From an uncultured bacterium (lineage in GTDB: Bacteria; Edwardsbacteria; AC1; EtOH8), in contig CAZFJC010000012.1 in the NCBI GenBank assembly GCA_964518765.1, positions 11,667-75,666 on the forward strand: a DNA stretch of 64,000 nucleotides. The letters are read 5' to 3'. The first letter of the stretch is position 1. Every line of letters starts with the position of its first letter. Below the pieces are notes generated by a model. It worked only from the letters and a program-made list of their open reading frames with translations, did no database searches and was not told where the DNA came from. Positions 19,175 through 26,800 of the stretch are shown in pieces. The position numbers and the translations under genes are program-made.

Positions 19175-19338
19175 GGCCCCCTCCTCCGGTTATTGGGGAT
19201 CCTGCCCAGCGTAAGTTTGCCTCCGTCGTTGTCATCCTGAAATGGACTCCTGCCTCGCAAGTTGTCGGATCGCCATTGTCATCCTGGGATGGCTTCCTGC
19301 CTGGCATTTTGAAGGATGACCGCCTCGGGGTGACAGGC

Positions 19339-20445
19339 CTAAAAGAACTTGGCGATGGCCTCGACCACCTGGTCCTGCTGGGCTGGGGTAATCTCAGGGT
19401 ATATCGGCAGCGAGAAGACCTGGCTGGCCGCCTCCTCGGCCACCGGGTAGGAGCCCTTCCCCTTGCCCAGGAACGAGAAGGCCGGCTGCAGGTGCAGGGG
19501 GATGGGATAATGCACGGCGTTGGGCACGCCATTTTTATTCAGGTGCTCGATCATAGCATCCCGCCTTCCGGTGCGCAGGGTGTATTGGTGGTAGATCATC
19601 TCATTGTAGGGCCTGACCTGGGGCGTCCTGATGTCCCCCACCCCCTTGAAGGCCCGGTCGTAGTAGGCCGCCTTCTCCCGTCGCGCCTGGTTCCACTGGT
19701 CGAGATATTTCAGCTTGACGCCCAGCACCGCGGCCTGGAGCGCGTCCAGCCTGGAGTTGACCCCGATCCTGACATGGTGGTACTTCCTGTCCGAGCCGTG
19801 CTGGCGCAGCACCTTGCATTCCCTCTGCATGGCCTCGTCCGAGGTCAGGATCATGCCTCCGTCGCCGTAGGCCCCCAGGTTCTTGCTGGGGAAGAAGGAC
19901 AGTCCGGCGATGTGGCCCATGGAGCCGGTCTGCCGGCCCCGGTATCTGGCCCCCAGGCTCTGGGCGCAGTCCTCGATCACCTTGAGGTTGTGCTTTTGGG
20001 CAATGGCCATTACCTCGTCCATGTCGGCCGCCTGGCCGTAGATGTGCACCGGCATGATGGCCTTGGTCTTGGAGGTGATGGCCGCCTCGATCTTGGTCGG
20101 ATCGATGTTGAGGGTGTCCGGGCAGACGTCCACGAACACCGGCCTGGCCGGGATCCAGGTGACCACCTCGGCGGTGGCGATGAAGGTGAAGGGGGTGGTG
20201 ATGACTTCGTCTCCCTCAGAGACCCCGGCGGCCTTGAGCGCCAGGTAGAGGGCGTCGGTGCCCGAGTTGACCCCTATCCCGTATTTGACCCCGACGTATT
20301 GGGCCACTGCCGCTTCGAACTCCTCGACCGTCTTCCCCAGGATGAAGCCTCCGGAAGAGACCACCTTCTCGATGGCGGCGTCGATTTCGGGCTTGATGGT
20401 GCGGTACTGGGCCGTTAGGTCCAGCAGGTAGAGTTTTTCTGCCAT
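19339..20445 (-). CDS. DegT/DnrJ/EryC1/StrS-family PLP-dependent sugar aminotransferase
   Basis: 368 aa. LDLTAQYRTIKPEIDAAI..GGFILGKTVEEFE..GVNSGTDALYLAL..DEVITTPFTFIATAE is the canonical family pattern. Confidence 0.85.
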   Translation of the reverse strand: MAEKLYLLDLTAQYRTIKPEIDAAIEKVVSSGGFILGKTVEEFEAAVAQYVGVKYGIGVNSGTDALYLALKAAGVSEGDEVITTPFTFIATAEVVTWIPARPVFVDVCPDTLNIDPTKIEAAITSKTKAIMPVHIYGQAADMDEVMAIAQKHNLKVIEDCAQSLGARYRGRQTGSMGHIAGLSFFPSKNLGAYGDGGMILTSDEAMQRECKVLRQHGSDRKYHHVRIGVNSRLDALQAAVLGVKLKYLDQWNQARREKAAYYDRAFKGVGDIRTPQVRPYNEMIYHQYTLRTGRRDAMIEHLNKNGVPNAVHYPIPLHLQPAFSFLGKGKGSYPVAEEAASQVFSLPIYPEITPAQQDQVVEAIAKFF

Positions 20446-20571
20446 GGTGTTGGTTCCTTTATGGATTTATGTGTAAGTTTTAACGTTTAAGGGTTTGCGA
20501 AACGGGCGTAGCCGGTTTAAGTGACGACCACAATAAAGAATAATGTGAAACTGCTGACGCAAACCCGTTTG

Positions 20572-21309
20572 TTATGTGAAGTGGTTTAATTCATACTTAC
20601 TTAGCTTTGTTTTTATTTTATTAGATACACAAGTATTATATTTTAAGTTTATAATGTAATCGGTTACTTTATACTCAAATTCTTTTATTGGCATACCAAA
20701 TGTATCAAAAAAACAACGAACAAAATCTTTTTTTATATTCTTGTAAAATGTTTTGAATTTTGAAACACCAAAACGAGTTATTATCTGGTCAATAAAAACG
20801 CCAGCTATAGGATATGTTACATAATCTTGGTGTTTGTTGAATTCTTGATTTTGGGCTAACTTTGTTATACCAGGATAAGCGTTATTTTTAAGGTAATATT
20901 GAGTCCACGCTTCATTCGGGATTCCCCACCAAACTTTATCAAAGTACATTGCCAGACCTTCGCGTAACAATTTCTGATTTGGTCTTGATAAGGTGTTAGA
21001 AGAGATTAAATGCACGTCCTCGTGAAAACCAATACATTTAATTCTTCTATTGTATACAGCATATATTTTATCTGGACGTATAGCAAGACCATTGGTAGGT
21101 TCATTATTACCATATAGTTTGCCAATTTCATGTGGTGATTTACATAAATAATAATGTATTCTTATATTAGGCTTGACTTTTAGAATATCACAAATATATA
21201 CATAGCAACTTTCTTGAAGTGAGATTATCTTTCCGATTTGTTTTTCCGCAAGAGAGTTGCTGTGATAATAAAAGTCATAGTGTGCTGTTTTTTTGATGTT
21301 CCAATTCAT
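20572..21309 (-). CDS. Hypothetical protein carrying an HExxH motif (FHEDVH), in an AT-rich island (~30% GC vs ~65% flanking); possibly a WbqC-like polysaccharide-locus protein
   Basis: 245 aa, Asn/Lys/Tyr/Ile-rich as expected from low-GC DNA. Single HEDVH motif. No signal peptide or TM segment. Directly adjacent to the DegT aminotransferase. Confidence 0.55.
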   Translation of the reverse strand: MNWNIKKTAHYDFYYHSNSLAEKQIGKIISLQESCYVYICDILKVKPNIRIHYYLCKSPHEIGKLYGNNEPTNGLAIRPDKIYAVYNRRIKCIGFHEDVHLISSNTLSRPNQKLLREGLAMYFDKVWWGIPNEAWTQYYLKNNAYPGITKLAQNQEFNKHQDYVTYPIAGVFIDQIITRFGVSKFKTFYKNIKKDFVRCFFDTFGMPIKEFEYKVTDYIINLKYNTCVSNKIKTKLSKYELNHFT

Positions 21310-21532
21310 AAAATTAGAAAATTGTGTGTTTATTTATAGCCATTTCACATAACTACTGGCTTTGCGACATTACGTCGTGAAGCCGACCACCAGTGGCTGG
21401 ATATGCGCACTGTTTCGTATATTTCCTCAATGGCTTTTACCCGTTCAACACTGCCTATAGCCCCTTACCCGACGTTGCCTTACTTTGACCGATCGTAAAC
21501 ACTCCCCGCGCCGCTGTATATATACCTTATCC

Positions 21533-23290
21533 TCACGTCCCCTCCACCGAACAGGTCAGGGCCAGGTCCGGGAACAGCCCGATGACGAACTCGGCCAGCA
21601 CCGCCCGGGCCTTCTCGGCGCTCTCGGCCTCCATGGCCTTGGCCGCCACCCGACGGCACTGATCCAGCCTTAGGCTGAGGATCATCCGCTTGACCTCGGG
21701 TACGGCTATCGGATTCATGCTGAACTCGTCCAGGCCCAGCCCCAAAAGCAGCGGCACCGCCAGCGGATCGGCGCACATCTCGCCGCACATGCCCACCCAG
21801 ATACCGGCCCGGTGCCCGGCCTCGATCACCTCCCTCACCAGCCTCAGCACCGCCGGGTTGAAGGGATCGTACATCCGGGCCACCTTCTGGTTGGTGCGGT
21901 CCACCGCCAAGGTGTACTGGGTGAGATCGTTGGAGCCGATGCTGAAGAAGTCGGCCTCGGCCGCCAGCGCCTGGGCCGACAATGCGGCCGCCGGCGTCTC
22001 GATCATAATGCCCACCGGACACTTCTCGTCGAACCTGGCCTTGGATTTCTTCAGCTCCTCCCTGGCCTCCTCGACCAGGACCCTGGCCCGCCTCAGTTCC
22101 TCCAGGCAGCAGATCATGGGAAACATCATCTTGACCTGGCCGTGGGCCGAGGCCTTGAGGATGGCCCGTATCTGTGACTTGAACATCTCGGGCCGGTCCA
22201 GGCAGAAGCGGATGGCCCTCCAGCCCAGGAAGGGGTTGGCCTCGGGCTCGGGCGCCTGGCCGCCGATCTTGTCCCCGCCCAGGTCGAAGGTCCTGATGAT
22301 GACCGGATCCGGGGCCAGCTTCTCGACCACTCGCCGGTAGATGGCGTACTGCTCGTCCTCGGACGGCAGCCGGTCCGAGGTCAGGAAGAGGAACTCGGTG
22401 CGGAAAAGGCCCACCCCCTTGGCCCCGTGCGACAACACCGAGGCGACCTCCTCGGGCAGCTCGATGTTGGCCGACAGCTCCACCTGATGTCCGTCCCGGG
22501 TAATGGCCTTGGAGCGCCTCAGCTTCTTGAGGTCGGCCACGTGCTTCAGGTAGGCCTTTTGCTGTTTGCGGTAGCTCTCCAGGGTGGCCGGGGCCGGGTT
22601 GAGGATGACCATCCCCCGGTTGCCGTCGACCACAGCCCAGTCTCCCTGCGAGGCCTGGATCAGTACACCCTTGACGCCCACCACCGTCGGTATCTCCAGA
22701 CTGCGGGCGATGATGGCGGTATGGGAGGTCTTACCTCCCAGCTCGGTGACCATCCCCAAGGTCCTCTGGGCGGACAGAAAAGCGGCGTCGCCAGGGGAAA
22801 GCTCGTGTGCCAGCACGATGGACTCTTTGGGGATGCTCGGCGCCTGGCCCTGCTCGCGGACGTGCTTGACCACCCGCCAGGAGATATCCTTGATGTCGAC
22901 CACCCTCTCCTTGAGGTACTGGCTGTCCGATGACTCCAGCTGGGCCGCCACCTGCTCCATCACCTCGTGGAAGGCCGAGGCCGCGTCCTGTCCCTCGCGG
23001 CGGATCCTCTCCTTGGTGCGCTCGGCGGCAGTGTCGTCGGAGAGCATCATCAGCTGGGCATCCCACAGCCGGGACTCATCCTGGCCAAGCCGCTCCACCA
23101 CCAGGCTTCGCAGCTCATCCAACTCGGCCCGGGCCCGCTCCACCGCCTCGACGAACCTCTGGACCTCGGACTCGGCGTCGGCCACCTTCTGCCTGGTCAC
23201 CGCCCCAGTGCCCTTGCGGTAGATGGCGATCCGCCCGATGCCGATGCCGGGCGAGGCGGCTATCCCTTGAAGCCTGATCTCCTTCAGCAT
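21533..23290 (-). CDS. ptsI: Phosphoenolpyruvate-protein phosphotransferase (PTS enzyme I)
   Basis: 585 aa. MLKEIRLQGIAASPGIGIGR.. N-terminus. His-domain, PEP-utilising domain (GGKTSHTAIIARSLEIP) and C-terminal TIM barrel. Confidence 0.9.
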   Translation of the reverse strand: MLKEIRLQGIAASPGIGIGRIAIYRKGTGAVTRQKVADAESEVQRFVEAVERARAELDELRSLVVERLGQDESRLWDAQLMMLSDDTAAERTKERIRREGQDAASAFHEVMEQVAAQLESSDSQYLKERVVDIKDISWRVVKHVREQGQAPSIPKESIVLAHELSPGDAAFLSAQRTLGMVTELGGKTSHTAIIARSLEIPTVVGVKGVLIQASQGDWAVVDGNRGMVILNPAPATLESYRKQQKAYLKHVADLKKLRRSKAITRDGHQVELSANIELPEEVASVLSHGAKGVGLFRTEFLFLTSDRLPSEDEQYAIYRRVVEKLAPDPVIIRTFDLGGDKIGGQAPEPEANPFLGWRAIRFCLDRPEMFKSQIRAILKASAHGQVKMMFPMICCLEELRRARVLVEEAREELKKSKARFDEKCPVGIMIETPAAALSAQALAAEADFFSIGSNDLTQYTLAVDRTNQKVARMYDPFNPAVLRLVREVIEAGHRAGIWVGMCGEMCADPLAVPLLLGLGLDEFSMNPIAVPEVKRMILSLRLDQCRRVAAKAMEAESAEKARAVLAEFVIGLFPDLALTCSVEGT

Positions 23291-23291
23291 C

Positions 23292-23558
23292 TCAATCCTC
23301 GTTGAATTTGTCGGCCACCAGCCGGGCCAGGGCCTCCAAGGCCTCGTCCTCGTCCGGACCCTGGGCCCTGATGTGGAGGCTGGAGCCGGGCTGGGCCGCC
23401 AGCATCATCACCCCCATAATGCTCTTGCCGTTGACCTCCAGGTCGTCCTTGCGTATCCATATCTGGGAGCGATAGCGGTCAGCAGTCTTCACCATCAGGG
23501 CCGCCGGCCGGGCATGCATCCCCAGCCGGTTGACGATGGTCACCGAGATCTCCTTCAT
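23292..23558 (-). CDS. ptsH: Phosphocarrier protein HPr
   Basis: Conserved MKEISVTIVNRLGMHARPAALMV (His15 motif) ..GKSIMGVMML..EDEALEALARL. The track ORF (to 23702) has a spurious N-terminal extension; the true ATG is at 23558 and overlaps the GH57 stop (ATGA). Confidence 0.85.
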   Translation of the reverse strand: MKEISVTIVNRLGMHARPAALMVKTADRYRSQIWIRKDDLEVNGKSIMGVMMLAAQPGSSLHIRAQGPDEDEALEALARLVADKFNED

Positions 23559-25639
23559 GGCCTCACCTCTATCGTCAGCTCCAGCGATTCGGCCCCGCCC
23601 GGATCCAGCCGCATCGGCTTGGTCCAGACCAGGCAGGAGCACTGGTAGTTCCGTTCCAGACCGGACTCGGACTGGGAGACCGTCTCCACCGGGTAGCGCC
23701 ATAGGTCCCAGGGCCGGTCGAACCTGAAGCGGACAGCGATCCCCCGAAAATCGTCGTCAACCGAAAAATCTGTCAGCCCCCGCTCCTCGGCCGCCAGGTC
23801 CAGCCGGGCTGACGACAGCTCCCGGCTTCCGGATGAGCAATGCCTCCCTTCGCCGGCCGACAACAGCCCCAGGTTGAACTCGATCCCGGCCACCACCTCC
23901 AGAGCCTCCGCCCCCCGGTTCGTCCACCGATAGCTCGCCCGCAGCGCGGCCTTCGAGGCCAGGGATAGGTTTTTTTCTATAACTATATTATTATAGTAAC
24001 CAACCAATCCCACGCCATCATATTTCCCCTCGGCCTTCATCTCCCAGCGGGTGGCCAGCACCCCCTGGTAGGCCGGGAGCCGAGACCAGCGCAGCGCCTC
24101 CAGGCCGGCCCCGGGCGGCAGCAGGTGGTCGGCCAGGGCCATCCTGGGGCAGGGATCGTAGGCCAGCAGCTTCTCCAGCCCCGCCTCCTTGGCCGACATC
24201 ATCTCGTGGATGCTCCTGCCCGCCGTCGCTTCTCCGGCCTGGTGCTCGGCGATCCGGCGGTGGTAGCTCTCGGGGCGACGGGAGAGGTTGTCCAGGAGGT
24301 TTACCCCCTTCCGCTTCAGGTCCCACTCGTATATGGCCCCGCCCCAATCCGGCTTGAGATAGAGGTTCATCTTCGCATTGGAGAGCTTGATCTCCGCCCG
24401 CCCGTCGCCGTCAAAATCACGACGCTCAACCGCTCGCTGCCCAGCCTGCCTTTCCGCCAGGTGCTCGGCCCTGATCAGGTGCTGGTACAAAGCCGAGCGT
24501 AGATGCGGCAGGTAGAGCCCCCCGAAGATGCCGTGCCAATAGCCGCAGTTGCACTGTCCGCGGTAGAGCTCTTTTTGTACCTCGGCCCCGGCTTGCGCCG
24601 AACTATGTCGAGGCGCCTTGGCCGCCATCTCCGAGACCTCGAGCATCTTGCGGTAGATAAAGTTCGATTCCGGGTACTTGGCCAAGAAGTTCTTCCAGAT
24701 GCCGCCCCGGACGAACGGGGCGTAGCGATCGTAGCTGCCCTCGTGCTTCAGACGATCGACCAGCTCCCGATAGACGGCCTCGGACTCAGGCTCCAGCACC
24801 CATTCGCCCATCTCGGTATAGGAGCCGGTTGGCAGGTAGATCCTCCCTAGGGGGCCGAGCCTTTCGGCCGCCTGGGCAAAGGTCAGCATCTCTATCCGCT
24901 CATGGTTGGCCTGCAGCGCCTCGAGAAACCTGGCCAGCCAGCCGTTGTTATATACGTGCTGGTGGGTGCCCGGCCAGACCCCGAACTTCTCCCCGTCGTC
25001 GGCCAGGATGGCCATCTCCCCGGGCCGGTATTCGCCGACCAGGTGTCCGATGACCTCCTCCACGTCGTGGAAGGGCACCAGGTACCGCAGCCTCTGGCTT
25101 ATGGGGAAGGCCTTGATGCCCAGTCCCTGGTCCTCGGTGAAATAGTAGCCCTTGAGCCTCTCCTGGGGAAGGCCGGCCGCCTTGAAGTGGGCGTCGTCCA
25201 GCGCCGTGCACTCGATGCCGGCCCGGGCCAGGGTCGACGGCAGTGATGGCTCCCAGACCCGCTCGGCCACCCAGGCTCCTTTGGGGCTTTGGCCGAAATT
25301 GGACTTCAGGAATTCCGACATCATGGCCAGCTGGCCGGCGCGGTCGGGCTCCGGGATAGCCGGCAGTATGGGCTCGTAGAACCCTCCGCCCCACAGCTCC
25401 ACCTGTCCGCGGTCGCAAAGCGTCTTGACCATAGCCAGGTACTCGGAATGATGCTCGGCCAGCCACTCCCAGAGGCAGCCGCTATTGTGCAGGGTGAAGC
25501 GGAACCAGGGGCGGTCCAAGACCATCTCCAGGAACGGACGGTAGGCATTCTGGTAAGCCTCCTCGAACACGAAGTCGAAGTTGCCCACCGGCTGGTGGTT
25601 GTGGACGCCGAAGAGGAAGTATGTTTTGTTGGAGTCCAT
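23555..25639 (-). CDS. Glycoside hydrolase family 57 protein (4-alpha-glucanotransferase/amylopullulanase-like)
   Basis: 694 aa. GH57 N-terminal signature YFLFGVHNHQPVGNF..AYQNAYRPFLE..WFRFTLHNSGCLWEWL. Confidence 0.85.
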   Translation of the reverse strand: MDSNKTYFLFGVHNHQPVGNFDFVFEEAYQNAYRPFLEMVLDRPWFRFTLHNSGCLWEWLAEHHSEYLAMVKTLCDRGQVELWGGGFYEPILPAIPEPDRAGQLAMMSEFLKSNFGQSPKGAWVAERVWEPSLPSTLARAGIECTALDDAHFKAAGLPQERLKGYYFTEDQGLGIKAFPISQRLRYLVPFHDVEEVIGHLVGEYRPGEMAILADDGEKFGVWPGTHQHVYNNGWLARFLEALQANHERIEMLTFAQAAERLGPLGRIYLPTGSYTEMGEWVLEPESEAVYRELVDRLKHEGSYDRYAPFVRGGIWKNFLAKYPESNFIYRKMLEVSEMAAKAPRHSSAQAGAEVQKELYRGQCNCGYWHGIFGGLYLPHLRSALYQHLIRAEHLAERQAGQRAVERRDFDGDGRAEIKLSNAKMNLYLKPDWGGAIYEWDLKRKGVNLLDNLSRRPESYHRRIAEHQAGEATAGRSIHEMMSAKEAGLEKLLAYDPCPRMALADHLLPPGAGLEALRWSRLPAYQGVLATRWEMKAEGKYDGVGLVGYYNNIVIEKNLSLASKAALRASYRWTNRGAEALEVVAGIEFNLGLLSAGEGRHCSSGSRELSSARLDLAAEERGLTDFSVDDDFRGIAVRFRFDRPWDLWRYPVETVSQSESGLERNYQCSCLVWTKPMRLDPGGAESLELTIEVRP

Positions 25640-25692
25640 TCGGTCAAAATGCGATTAATATTTCATCCATACAGACGCAAGCCCCTGGCCTT

Positions 25693-25908
25693 CGGCCGCC
25701 CCTCGCTCCCCTCCTTGGTAAGGAGGGGATTTAGGGGTGGTTGGTTCGCCGCACCCCTCGCTCCCCTCCTTGGTAAAGAGGGGATTTAGGGGTGGTTGGT
25801 TCGCCGCCTCTCTTGTTCCCCTCCTTGGTAAGGAGGGGACTCAGGGGTGGTTGGTTCGCCGCGCCCCTCGCTCCCCTCCTTGGTAAGGAGGGGATTTAGG
25901 GGTGGTCA
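25693..25908. repeat. Tandem array of four 55-nt nested-hairpin repeat units
   Basis: Unit cgccgcNcccctcgctcccctccttggtaaggaggggatttaggggtggttggtt. Outer stem CCACCCCT/AGGGGTGG, inner stem TCCCCTCCTT/AAGGAGGGGA. The array directly abuts the stop of the DUF559 gene. Confidence 0.8.
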
Positions 25909-26262
25909 GTCCCTTGCATTTAGTATAGCTTTCAACACACCTTCCATGTTCGCTAAAACATCGTCATTGTTGAAGCGAAGCACTTTGATGCCCAACCCCT
26001 CTATGTAATCTTGTTTCTTCTTGTCCCGCACCCCTTGCCTTGGGCTTCCATGCACGCTCCCGTCTAATTCAATGGCGATTCGAGCAGAGGGACAATAGAA
26101 ATCGACGATATATTTACCGATGCTGTGCTGACGCCGGAACTTCATCCCGTTAAGTTGGCTTCTTTGCAGCCTTTTCCAAAGCAGTATCTCGGCCATTGTC
26201 GAATTGTTGCGCAGGCTCCTTCGAATGCTTTTCAATCCTGGACGGTTATGAACTCGGGCCAT
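25906..26262 (-). CDS. DUF559 (Vsr/restriction-endonuclease-like fold) endonuclease-domain protein
   Basis: MARVHNRPGLKSIRRSLRNNSTMAEILLWKRLQRSQLNGMKFRRQHSIGKYIVDFYCPSARIAIELDGSVH. Lower GC (~47%). The track ORF extends to a GTG at 26292 inside the adjacent repeat; ATG at 26262 preferred. Confidence 0.75.
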   Translation of the reverse strand: MARVHNRPGLKSIRRSLRNNSTMAEILLWKRLQRSQLNGMKFRRQHSIGKYIVDFYCPSARIAIELDGSVHGSPRQGVRDKKKQDYIEGLGIKVLRFNNDDVLANMEGVLKAILNARD

Positions 26263-26287
26263 TTCAGTAATACCCTGTTTGCTCTCG

Positions 26288-26430
26288 ACCACCCCTCGCT
26301 CCCCTCCTTGGTAAGGAGGGGATTTAGGGGTGGTTGGTTCGCCGCGCTCCCTCGCTCCCCTCCTTGGTAAGGAGGGGATTTAGGGGTGGTTGGTTCGCCG
26401 CGTCCCCCTCCCCCGGGGGAGGGGGACGGG
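26288..26430. repeat. Two further nested-hairpin units plus a perfect 28-nt GC palindrome (GTCCCCCTCCCCCGGGGGAGGGGGAC)
   Basis: Same unit as 25693-25908, immediately upstream of the DUF559 start. Palindrome at 26402-26429. Confidence 0.75.
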
Positions 26431-26482
26431 GTAGGGTCAACCCGAAAAGTGTAAAAGTGTAAAAGGGTATAGCGTAAACATT

Positions 26483-26734
26483 TTACTTTGCGAGACGAAA
26501 GCCTACGCCGCTGCTGCGGTTGTCCGGGTTGTCGTTGCCCCGGTAGGCAGTGCGGCAGTAGTTACCGCTGTTGATGAAACTGCCGCCGCGGATGACGCGG
26601 GCCGTTCCGGACGACGGGCCGGTAGGGTTGTCGCGAGATCCGCCGGAGGCGTGGCTGGAGGGCGAACTGCCGTAGTAATTTTTGTGTGTGCTTAAAAAGC
26701 CACAAACCGTAATCATACGCTTTCGTAAAAACAA
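26483..26734 (-). pseudogene. Truncated 3' fragment of a formylglycine-generating-enzyme (SUMF1) family gene; partial duplicate of the C-terminus of the adjacent 26801..28720 gene
   Basis: ..[65 protein letters not shown] aligns with the neighbour's C-terminus [58 protein letters not shown]. No upstream domains. The N-terminal 18 aa of the ORF are not homologous. Confidence 0.55.
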
Positions 26735-26752
26735 TCAGCTCGTTGGCGCTCA

Positions 26753-26795
26753 TAATTTTCCAGATTTTCAGATTACCAGATTTTCAGATATTCAG
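26753..26795. repeat. Short tandem repeat, ~8-nt unit (CAGATTTT/CAGATTAC/CAGATTTT/CAGATATT)
   Basis: ttttccagattttcagattaccagattttcagatattcag, between the gene fragment and the full-length gene. Confidence 0.6.
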
Positions 26796-26800
26796 TGTAT

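Noticed and set aside
19175-19338. Sigma-54 promoter upstream of the kinase operon (given rpoN in the window)
   Set aside because: Searched for TGGCAC-N5-TTGCW. Only a poorly spaced GGCGA...TTGCG (14-nt gap instead of 10) was found, not convincing.
25693-25908. Possible CRISPR array (regularly spaced 55-nt repeats)
   Set aside because: Units are contiguous with no unique spacers, are internally palindromic at two levels, and recur as solo copies elsewhere. This is a REP/MITE-like tandem array, not CRISPR. No cas genes in the window.
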